Source of the DNA: an uncultured Methanomicrobiales archaeon
GTDB taxonomy: Archaea; Halobacteriota; Methanomicrobia; Methanomicrobiales; Methanospirillaceae
Length of the DNA stretch: 64,000 bases
NCBI GenBank assembly: GCA_903900025.1
Contig: CAIULN010000075.1
Span: forward strand, 12 to 64,011
Direction of reading: 5' to 3'
Made by a program: the position numbers and the translations under genes. The notes beneath the pieces were generated by a model that ran no database searches, had not been told where the DNA came from, and saw only the letters and a list, made by a program, of their open reading frames with translations. Of the stretch, positions 19,339 through 26,195 are shown in pieces; position 1 is the first letter of the stretch, and every line of letters begins with the position of its first letter.

Positions 19339-19628
19339 GGTTCATTCCTCCTTCTGCGGTACTCAATCCATTTGTCTTCTTCCGGGATATAAACTGTGAT
19401 GACCCGGATATGATTTGTGCATAATGCGATGGCGGTGTGGTATGCGACTGCATCGATAAAACCCATGATAAGGAGCGATGGACACGGCTCGTCATCGGGA
19501 TACTCTTCGATAATCTCACCCGATGAGATGATTGCCATCAGATCATCGGTCGATACGTTGCGTTCGAACATCCTGACCCGGGCGTGATGGGAGATGAAGA
19601 TCTCCCCGGATTTAATCAGTTCCGCCAT
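19335..19628 (-). CDS. DUF4258-family toxin candidate
   Basis: MAELIKSGEIFISHHARVRMFERNVSTDDLMAIISSGEIIEEYPDDEPCPS matches the DUF4258 pattern (HA..RM.ER.I). Alternative start at 19646. Translationally coupled to a YgiT zinc-finger gene. Confidence 0.75.
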   Translation of the reverse strand: MAELIKSGEIFISHHARVRMFERNVSTDDLMAIISSGEIIEEYPDDEPCPSLLIMGFIDAVAYHTAIALCTNHIRVITVYIPEEDKWIEYRRRRNEP

Positions 19629-19755
19629 CCTTCCGCTTGGGTTCATTTCCCTCAACAATCGCAATCTCCTCCTTCCGGGAATCACCGTTCTGGGCGATAA
19701 GATAATAGGCATATCGAGTCAAAATGATATCTTCTATCTCCCGCCCTGTACCGGA

Positions 19756-19980
19756 TCAGAGGGGAACCATTTTGTTGGCGTCAACAAAATGATCTAAAAT
19801 CGCGTGGTTTGACGTTTTACACGATTCTTTGGCTTTTTCGATAACCTTTGTGAAGTTCCGCCACTCGGTATACCCGAGAAGATTTTGCAGATCACGGGCG
19901 AACCAGAATTCGATATCGTCCTGTACATGAGCAAAATCCTCGAAATTTTTATGGAGACGTCTGATGAGCGCTGGTTTCAT
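19756..19980 (-). pseudogene. N-terminal fragment (74 aa) of a DinD-like DNA damage-inducible protein
   Basis: FEDFAHVQDDIEFWFARDLQNLLGYTEWRNFTKVIEKAKESCKTSNHAILDHFV resembles the first quarter of DinD (~270 aa in full-length proteins). The ORF ends abruptly next to the TA module. Confidence 0.55.
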
Positions 19981-20130
19981 TTCCCTGTTCCTGGATGAAG
20001 ATTCTATACTCTACAGATATATGCCGGAAGTACTGGCACTTATAGTGTGCCAGCGTGGGGTGAAAATAATCATCCGGCTCTCTGTTCAACTGGTTTTCTC
20101 AGACTGAATTGTCAAGTAATTCCTGATAGT

Positions 20131-20442
20131 TTATTTTCCTTCTACGATTTTCACTTCTTCCTCCGTCAGCCCGTACAATTCGTACACGAGTTTATCTATA
20201 GAAGCATCCGTCGCCTCAATCTGCCGGGACAGCAGCGTCTTCTCATGCTGCCGTAATTTCGTTTCGTTATAAACATCTCTGGAACTGATGTGGCTTTGGG
20301 GGTGAAAATCAAAACGTTCAATTAATTTTGTTATTGTTTCCGGAACTACCATTACTAGTGTGTCACACTCAAAACCGTTAAAGATGTTGAAATATATTAA
20401 TGATCTCTCGATTTTGCCGCACCCTCCCACCACCTTCGCCAA
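20131..20442 (-). pseudogene. Fragment of the C-terminus of an R-M methyltransferase / type IIG-PglX-like enzyme (copy 2)
   Basis: Ends ...LRQHEKTLLSRQIEATDASIDKLVYELYGLTEEEVKIVEGK-stop, the characteristic tail of such enzymes. Only ~100 aa with no methylase body upstream. The DNA is ~75-80 percent identical by eye to copy 1 over ~110 nt. Confidence 0.6.
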
Positions 20443-21060
20443 AAGCTCCCCGTAAAACCGGAATTCCGGAAAAAATTGCCGCGTTCGAGTTTGCCGATCA
20501 CAATCCCTCCCAATCCGGCCCTAATCCGGGCGCAATACAGGTTCCGATTCCCATGTCAGTGACAGAATAACTACCGGATTTTTCGCACTGACCACAGAGT
20601 ATAAAAGCGAACTGGATCAACCCCAGAACAATACAATGATCCACGAACTCAACGAACGACTGAAAACATGGGCAAAAGAGACTGCGGCAGCCCTTAAGGA
20701 ACGGCTCACCGCTGCAGCCTACATGATCAAGCCCACGCTGTCAGCCGTCGCCTATGCAAGAGCATTCATTGTAGCACCAGAAGGAAATGTATTGAATGCG
20801 GGGAAGCGGTACAGGTTGACGAGCGGCCACGCCCCGGTCTCTTCTTACTGATGTTCTTTCTTTGCTATTCCCCGAAATTTCATTAAAAGCCCTCCTTCAT
20901 TCTCAGCCATCCCATTTTGCCTAAATTGAATACGCCAGTAACGACTCTGGATTGCCTTGAAAGGCTCGAATGGTCCCCCGTTTCTCGATTTTGAAATTTA
21001 TTCAGCCAGACCCATACCCTTTGAAAACCTATACTGATATGTCAAAGGGCGCCCCGCGAC

Positions 21061-21176
21061 ATCAGAAGAGGTTTATCAAAACCTCGATGAGGAGAAGGGA
21101 GGCATAAACCGACCTTCGACAGCGAAGAATTCTGACGAATTCTTCTCGTGTTCGAGGTTCTTACGAACCTCTTCAC
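21061..21176 (+). promoter_or_regulatory. Hairpin-rich 5-prime leader of the orphan gene at 21207
   Basis: Three perfect stem-loops: GAGGTTT-ATCA-AAACCTC (21069-21085), GAAGAATTC-TGAC-GAATTCTTC (21124-21145) and GAGGTTC-TTAC-GAACCTC (21155-21172). The outer arms GAAGAGGTT (21065-21073) and AACCTCTTC (21166-21174) are also mutually complementary. Confidence 0.45.
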
Positions 21177-21206
21177 ACAAACAAAAAAGAAAGGAGGTGA
21201 AACAAC

Positions 21207-21710
21207 ATGGCAGACTTTACAGAAAACACAACCATCAGGAGCGCGGTTCGCAGGCTCGCAAACCCGCTCCCAGGCGTGGCGTCGCTCGATGCGATCGTCC
21301 AGTCCGTCATCCTGAACAATCCGTTCGGGTGTGTATCGTATATGAACTCGGGCGTCAACCACCCGCCCGTAGAAAAGACCAAGGAAACCTACACGGCAAG
21401 GTTCGTGTACCAGGACGCTGGTGCAAAGCGCATCGGCAGCGGCTCAGAGGGCTACAACACGATCGCCGGCTTCAATGCCGGGATTGCCGCGATGCTCTCG
21501 AACGCTGCAAACAACGCGGCGCACGGCGGCACACCGGTCCACGATGAAGAGGGAGACACGTACTCAGTAACCCTGAAGTGCCACGACCCCAACGGGGAGC
21601 TGTACTTCGTGAACCTCTCCCGGCAGCAGGTGACGATCTCGTCCTACACCGACAACTCGATCCGAACCCGGATCGAGACGTGGGCAGACGGGGTTCCGGC
21701 ACTCGCCTAG
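21207..21710 (+). CDS. Orphan hypothetical protein (167 aa), no family recognised
   Basis: Strong Shine-Dalgarno AAAGGAGGTGA 7 nt before the ATG. Clean ORF MADFTENTTIRSAVRRLANPLPGVASLD... with no TM segment and no motif I recognise. Confidence 0.7.
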   Translation: MADFTENTTIRSAVRRLANPLPGVASLDAIVQSVILNNPFGCVSYMNSGVNHPPVEKTKETYTARFVYQDAGAKRIGSGSEGYNTIAGFNAGIAAMLSNAANNAAHGGTPVHDEEGDTYSVTLKCHDPNGELYFVNLSRQQVTISSYTDNSIRTRIETWADGVPALA

Positions 21711-21719
21711 GTGATCATC

Positions 21720-21815
21720 ATGGCGGAAAATGAGATCATCATCATGGGAGCGTTCCTCGGAGCAGGACTGCTCACCTACGTGATCATCCCCGGGCTCCTG
21801 GATGTTGAGGGTTGA
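21720..21815 (+). CDS. Candidate 31-aa hydrophobic micropeptide
   Basis: MAENEIIIMGAFLGAGLLTYVIIPGLLDVEG starts 9 nt after the 21207 gene stop (or at the in-frame GTG 21711). One TM-length hydrophobic stretch. Followed by two hairpins and a T-run. Too short for statistical support. Confidence 0.4.
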   Translation: MAENEIIIMGAFLGAGLLTYVIIPGLLDVEG

Positions 21816-21860
21816 AAACCCGAAACACGAGAAGCCCTAAGGCTTCGAAGTGGAGACCAG

Positions 21861-21928
21861 AAAAAGGAGCAGGCAGGAGGAACGATCCTCCTGCCTTCGT
21901 TGTTCGTCCGGGTTTTTAAAAAAAAAAT
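21861..21928. terminator. Bidirectional terminator: 11-bp perfect hairpin plus T5 (plus strand) and T10 (minus strand)
   Basis: AGGCAGGAGGA-ACGA-TCCTCCTGCCT (21861-21886), then TTTTT (21914-21918) and A10 (21919-21928), which is T10 just downstream of the rplX stop on the minus strand. Confidence 0.55.
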
Positions 21929-21942
21929 TGTCGCGGCCCCGC

Positions 21943-22134
21943 TTACTCTTGTGCAGCCACTTTCACGTCGTCGATTTTGATATACATTCGCTTGAGGTTG
22001 TGCTTGCTGCCGATAACCGCAAACGTGCGCTCCCGTGCCTGCTTCTCGTTGGGCGCGCTGATCACTTTTTTATACGGCCTCCAGGCATCGCCCATCCGAA
22101 ACGTGCCTTTGACTTCAAACTGCATCTCTTCCAT
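21943..22134 (-). CDS. rplX: 50S ribosomal protein LX (L18Ae/L20A family)
   Basis: 63-aa MEEMQFEVKGTFRMGDAWRPYKKVISAPNEKQARERTFAVIGSKHNLKRMYIKIDDV is a typical LX sequence. Sits in the canonical position after aIF6. Confidence 0.8.
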   Translation of the reverse strand: MEEMQFEVKGTFRMGDAWRPYKKVISAPNEKQARERTFAVIGSKHNLKRMYIKIDDVKVAAQE

Positions 22135-22172
22135 GTCGTTTCACTCCAGAAATAAAAACAAATCCTTCTGAT

Positions 22173-22835
22173 TCACTCCAGGAATCCGAATACGTCCTCT
22201 ATCCTGCCGAGCTCAAACCCGCTCGTCTGCGCGCCGGCAATGTACCCGCGGGTGTTCACCAAAAGCCCGGTGCCCACCAGCCCGGTGCCCATGTTGATCG
22301 TCCCCGTGCCGACAGGAACCCCGCAGAACTCCTCGATCCGTACGATCTCCTGCTCGGTTGACCGGGGGGTGACAATCACACCGTTGCTGGTTGCAGCGCC
22401 TGCCATCCCGACCGTCTTGATTCCACCGAGGGATTTCTGCAGCACTTCAACACCGAGAAATTCTCCGATCTCCTGTGCCTTCTCCTTCTCCATCTCGGGG
22501 TGGATGATGGCGAACCGGTCATTTGTCAGGATCACGTTGCCGGCGGCATTCATCGTGCCGGTGAGCTTCATCACCTCGCGGTGTTCCGAGAGTACGGCAA
22601 TCTCCGTCCCGCTGGCAAGCCCGCTCACCACCATCCCTTTCCGGTTGCCGACAAGGAGCGACCCGATAATGGAACTGCCCTGCACGTACGTCTCGACAAG
22701 GTCGACATCGAGCGCAGCGCGGACCGCCTCCCTGAATACGTCGGGGGCCTCGGGGGGGATGATCGCGATGTCATCCAGCACCCGGCAGAATACCCCGATA
22801 TTCGGGTCGCCGGCAAACGTGGTCGTCCGTTCCAT
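22173..22835 (-). CDS. eif6: Translation initiation factor 6 (aIF6)
   Basis: 220 aa with pentein repeats and IGVF/GNxxG motifs ([31 protein letters not shown]). Confidence 0.9.
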   Translation of the reverse strand: MERTTTFAGDPNIGVFCRVLDDIAIIPPEAPDVFREAVRAALDVDLVETYVQGSSIIGSLLVGNRKGMVVSGLASGTEIAVLSEHREVMKLTGTMNAAGNVILTNDRFAIIHPEMEKEKAQEIGEFLGVEVLQKSLGGIKTVGMAGAATSNGVIVTPRSTEQEIVRIEEFCGVPVGTGTINMGTGLVGTGLLVNTRGYIAGAQTSGFELGRIEDVFGFLE

Positions 22836-22839
22836 ACCC

Positions 22840-23106
22840 CTACGATTCCTCGGCGAGTTCTGCCTCTACCTGCCCGTCTTCCATCTTCATGGCGCGGATA
22901 CGGATTTTTGTGGGCGGCTTTGTGCTGCCCCGTTCCCAGACTTTTTCGTTGATGCTTTTGTCGAGTTTTACATCCTCGCTCTTCATGTGCTTGGCCAGGT
23001 ATTTCCGGATATCCTTGATCGCGGCGTTGCTTCGCTTCCACCGCGGCGCCCTGCGGGTGTCCCGCAGCGGGATGATGTAAATGTGCTCCTGCAACTTCTC
23101 TGCCAT
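22840..23106 (-). CDS. rpl31e: 50S ribosomal protein L31e
   Basis: [54 protein letters not shown] is a classic L31e sequence. Confidence 0.9.
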   Translation of the reverse strand: MAEKLQEHIYIIPLRDTRRAPRWKRSNAAIKDIRKYLAKHMKSEDVKLDKSINEKVWERGSTKPPTKIRIRAMKMEDGQVEAELAEES

Positions 23107-23110
23107 CTGC

Positions 23111-23263
23111 TCACACCTTTAACGTGCTTTTGCGCCAGTTGCGCCTTTTCGGGTGTGCAACAACGTGGCGCTTTGTCCGGACCATCACCCACTGGGGCAC
23201 GCGCCGGTTCTGGTCGCATGCCTTTGCAAAACGGATCTTCCTTCCTTTACTCAATTTGCTCAT
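23111..23263 (-). CDS. rpl39e: 50S ribosomal protein L39e
   Basis: Not in the ORF track (50 aa). My translation is [50 protein letters not shown], with ATG at 23263 and TGA at 23113-23111. Confidence 0.9.
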   Translation of the reverse strand: MSKLSKGRKIRFAKACDQNRRVPQWVMVRTKRHVVAHPKRRNWRKSTLKV

Positions 23264-23275
23264 ATCTGTCACCTT

Positions 23276-23872
23276 TCATGTAGTGCCTGCCTTTTTTCCC
23301 ACGACCAGGGACTGGTCATGGTGAGGCGGAAACAGCGGCCCGGGATCGATGCCCCTGTTCCGGCATGCCTTTTTGATCTCCGCCTCATAATCGCCGTTTT
23401 CTATTGTCCCCGTCTCGCCATACCGGACCACAAGGAAACGCTCCGCGAGGCGATCGACCTCGCGTTTCGTGTAGCCAAGGAGAGGGCGGACATACGAACA
23501 CTTCAATCGGCTCTCCAGGCTCTGGACCTCTGCCTGCGTCAGCATCGGGACGCGGTCATTGAACCGCGTACCGTCACCGATAACCTGGTACTCGCTGCAG
23601 AGGGTCTCGACAGCGGTGCGGTGGACCAGATTGATCGCATTGTTGGGATATCCGTTCCGGTTCACCAGTTCCACCACCTCGTTCAACAGTCCTTCTCTGA
23701 ATGTTCTTTTTTTCAACACAAGCCCCAACACCTTCGCTGCGGCCTCAACAGACGGGATTTTTCGGGCGGATTCAAAGACGAATGTGGTAAGTTCGACTTC
23801 ATACTGCGTACCCAGCAGGATTGCTGCAAGGGAACTGTCCTTTCCACCGGAATAGAGCACTCCCGCTTTCAT
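23276..23872 (-). CDS. PP-loop ATP pyrophosphatase family protein (MJ0570/Dph6-like; possible diphthine-ammonia ligase)
   Basis: N-terminal MKAGVLYSGGKDSSLAA contains the SGGKDS PP-loop. 198 aa. The specific function is not determinable by eye. Confidence 0.6.
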   Translation of the reverse strand: MKAGVLYSGGKDSSLAAILLGTQYEVELTTFVFESARKIPSVEAAAKVLGLVLKKRTFREGLLNEVVELVNRNGYPNNAINLVHRTAVETLCSEYQVIGDGTRFNDRVPMLTQAEVQSLESRLKCSYVRPLLGYTKREVDRLAERFLVVRYGETGTIENGDYEAEIKKACRNRGIDPGPLFPPHHDQSLVVGKKAGTT

Positions 23873-24213
23873 TATCTGCGCGTGATCGAATAATCACGCT
23901 TTTTCGGCGCAAGCTGCCGGAGCAGCTCTTTGAGCTGGGTATCGTTGATCTTCTGGCGCAGCCTTCCGCTCTGCGCGAGCAGGACCAGCTGCTGTTCAAC
24001 CGCACCGGCAAACTCCGGCTTGGTGAGCCTGATGGTGTTTAAGCGCTCCCGGGCATCCGGCTCCAGGATCTGCATGAGCACCATCTGCATCTGGGCTTTC
24101 TGTTGCTGCTGACGTTCGAGCTCTTCCTGCATTCCCTGCTGCTGGTCGGCTGCCTGCTGCTGCAACTGCATCATCCTTCTCTTCCTTATTTCAGCCAGCT
24201 CGTCGTCTCCCAT
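23872..24213 (-). CDS. PDCD5/TFAR19-like DNA-binding protein
   Basis: Start trimmed to MGDDELAEIRKRRMMQLQQQ... (ATG 24213). ILEPDARERLNTIRLTKPEFAGAVEQQLV matches the dsDNA-binding PDCD5 family. Conserved neighbour of S19e. Confidence 0.8.
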   Translation of the reverse strand: MGDDELAEIRKRRMMQLQQQAADQQQGMQEELERQQQQKAQMQMVLMQILEPDARERLNTIRLTKPEFAGAVEQQLVLLAQSGRLRQKINDTQLKELLRQLAPKKRDYSITRR

Positions 24214-24223
24214 ACCGGTACCT

Positions 24224-24829
24224 TCACTCTTTCTTTTCAGATTTCTTTGCATCCTTTGGCTCATGCTTCTTTGCATCAGCCTTTGGTGCTTCGGGCTTCT
24301 CCGATTTCTTTGGCTCGCCTTTCTTGTGCGGGGCTTTCTTCTCTGCTTTTCCAATTTCAGCTTTCTTTGGCTCTGCCTTGTGCGGCTGCACCTTCTTTGG
24401 CACCGGTGCCGGGGGATTTTTCAGCGTATCCAGTGCCATTGCGTCCATAAACGACTGCCCATCCGGCGAGATCCTGCGCCCGGTCTTGTCATGCACAACA
24501 AATTTGCATGCCTCGAGCTGCTGGAGCGATCTCCGGAGCACGGAGCCGCTGCCCCTGCGGAACACATTGGGCCTGGAGCCGCGGTCCTTTTTCCCGCCAT
24601 AGAAGCTGCGCATCCGCTGAACACCTAAAGGACCGTCCACATAGACGCGCCTCAATACTGCCGCTGATCGGACATACCACCAGTCCGGATCCTCGGGCGG
24701 CAATTCTTTATGGACACCGGTCTTTGCAAAGGCGGCCCAGGCCGGCGGTTTGATCTCCTGCCGGGACTTGAGCGCCTCTGCGACCTTGCGAATAAGAAGG
24801 TCAGCCGGTACATCGTACACGGTTGTCAT
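24224..24829 (-). CDS. rps19e: 30S ribosomal protein S19e with Lys/Glu/Pro-rich C-terminal extension
   Basis: MTTVYDVPADLLIRKVAEALK...PDWWYVRSAAVLRRVY...GSGSVLRRSLQQLE is S19e. About 55 extra residues follow (PKKVQPHKAEPKKAEIGKAEKKAPHKKGEPKKSEKPEAPKADAKKHEPKDAKKSEKKE). Confidence 0.9.
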   Translation of the reverse strand: MTTVYDVPADLLIRKVAEALKSRQEIKPPAWAAFAKTGVHKELPPEDPDWWYVRSAAVLRRVYVDGPLGVQRMRSFYGGKKDRGSRPNVFRRGSGSVLRRSLQQLEACKFVVHDKTGRRISPDGQSFMDAMALDTLKNPPAPVPKKVQPHKAEPKKAEIGKAEKKAPHKKGEPKKSEKPEAPKADAKKHEPKDAKKSEKKE

Positions 24830-24900
24830 ATCACGACCTCACTGTTGTAATAAATAACAGTCTTATCTTATTTGTGAGGTAAGTTCATATATATTTCGAG

Positions 24901-25179
24901 TCAGAAAAAATCGGGAGTTCCCCTCGGCAAATGTTCAGGATCAGGATTTTTTTTGCGCCGGGCAAGCACCAGTGTCCTTCCCCGCACACCGACAAGATCT
25001 GCTCCTGCGCGATGCGCAATCGCCTCGGGATCAAGGTCGGTGTTGTGCAGCCACTTTACCTTGACCAGCATGCGCTTTTTGAGCTGTGCCCTGATCTCGT
25101 CGACCATGGTGTCGGTGCAGCCCTGTTTCCCGATCCAGACCGTTGGTTTGAGGTCCTGCATGGAGCGGTCATTGTCCAT
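24901..25179 (-). CDS. YhbY/CRM-domain RNA-binding protein
   Basis: LKPTVWIGKQGCTDTMVDEIRAQLKKRMLVKVKWL...GADLVGVRGRTLVLAR follows the YhbY pattern. Confidence 0.8.
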   Translation of the reverse strand: MDNDRSMQDLKPTVWIGKQGCTDTMVDEIRAQLKKRMLVKVKWLHNTDLDPEAIAHRAGADLVGVRGRTLVLARRKKNPDPEHLPRGTPDFF

Positions 25180-25540
25180 CTTTTTTATCCCTCCCGACCG
25201 GGTAGCGCCGCCGTTTCCTGCAGCACAGGCAGGTCACCACCACATTTCCTCCCTGCACCCGCACCCTTGAGGTGCTGCCGGGCACGAGAAATGATGAGCA
25301 CCGCCGGCAGAACTCGCGCCGGAACCCGCGGTCGATCCGGATCCGCTGGCGCATCGCTATCCGCCGGGCGAGTTCCACGTACCGGTTGCTCAGTTCGGGG
25401 TGCGTGGCAAATGCCGCCCGGGCTAAAAAAAAGAGTATGGCGATCCGCTCGCGGGCGATCTTTTTTGTCTGCGGGGTGCGGGAACGCTCTCTCATTGCTG
25501 GTGCCTGGCGCTGCTTCCGCATACCTATTCGGCGTTTCAT
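25169..25540 (-). CDS. rnp4: Ribonuclease P protein component 4 (Rpp21)
   Basis: IARERIAILFFLARAAF...SNRYVELARRIAMRQRIRI...FCRRCSSFLVPGSTSRVRV...CLCCRKRRRYP is the Rpp21 zinc-ribbon pattern. Start at 25540, or alternatively 25522. Confidence 0.8.
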   Translation of the reverse strand: MKRRIGMRKQRQAPAMRERSRTPQTKKIARERIAILFFLARAAFATHPELSNRYVELARRIAMRQRIRIDRGFRREFCRRCSSFLVPGSTSRVRVQGGNVVVTCLCCRKRRRYPVGRDKKDGQ

Positions 25541-25565
25541 GTAAAAAAGGGAGGGGCTGCCCGGT

Positions 25566-26195
25566 TCAGCGGATGCGCACACGGCGCCCCTCAATAACCA
25601 GCCGGTCTTCGCAGAAGAGCCGGATCGCTTCCGGAAGGCAGCGGTGCTCCTGCTCGAGGATCCGTGCAGCAAGCGTCTCCTCATCGTCGCCTTCGAGGAG
25701 CGGGATGCACTTCTGGACAATAACCGGGCCCCCATCGAGGCTCTCATCGACAAAATGGACCGTGCAGCCGGAGATTTTCACGCCATGGAGGAACGCCTGC
25801 CGCTGACCGTGCAGCCCGGGGAACGACGGGAGCAGCGCGGGGTGGATGTTGATGATCCGCCCGGAAAATGCCCGGACAATTTCATTCCCCACAATCCGCA
25901 TATACCCGGCAAGCACAAAGAGATCGGCCCTGCACCCCTGCATTGCAAAAAGCAGTTCCCGTTCGTACGCCTCGCGTGACGGGAATGCCGCATAATCCAC
26001 AATCGTCACCGGGATGGCTGCCGCACGTGCCCGCTCAATCGCGTATGCCTGCGGGTTGTCGGTGAGGAGCCGGACGCAGGCAGCAGGTACCCTCCCGTCA
26101 CGGATCGCATCGATGACTGCCTGGAAGTTCGACCCCCGCCCGGATGCCAGCACCGCGATCCGCTTCTTCATGCCATCTTTGTCCATTCCGTTCAT
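25566..26195 (-). CDS. purN: Phosphoribosylglycinamide formyltransferase
   Basis: KRIAVLASGRGSNFQAVIDA, INIHPALLPSFPG, GCTVHFVDESLDGGPVI. The true start may be the internal MKKRIAVL. Confidence 0.9.
   Translation of the reverse strand: MNGMDKDGMKKRIAVLASGRGSNFQAVIDAIRDGRVPAACVRLLTDNPQAYAIERARAAAIPVTIVDYAAFPSREAYERELLFAMQGCRADLFVLAGYMRIVGNEIVRAFSGRIINIHPALLPSFPGLHGQRQAFLHGVKISGCTVHFVDESLDGGPVIVQKCIPLLEGDDEETLAARILEQEHRCLPEAIRLFCEDRLVIEGRRVRIR

Noticed and set aside
18505-20250. Possibility that the two similar R-M tail segments are the template/variable repeats of a diversity-generating retroelement
   Set aside because: No reverse transcriptase gene is nearby. The mismatches between the copies are of all types rather than adenine-specific, and both copies are gene fragments.
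20636-20851. 71-codon plus-strand ORF (MIHELNERLKTWAKETAAALKERL...)
   Set aside because: It is an isolated short ORF in the decayed islet, with no SD, family match or coupling to neighbours. It could be real, but the sequence alone cannot support it.
22240-23283. 347-codon plus-strand ORF across aIF6/L31e/L39e
   Set aside because: It is antisense to three unmistakable ribosomal/translation genes and its composition is Ser/Pro/Thr-rich.
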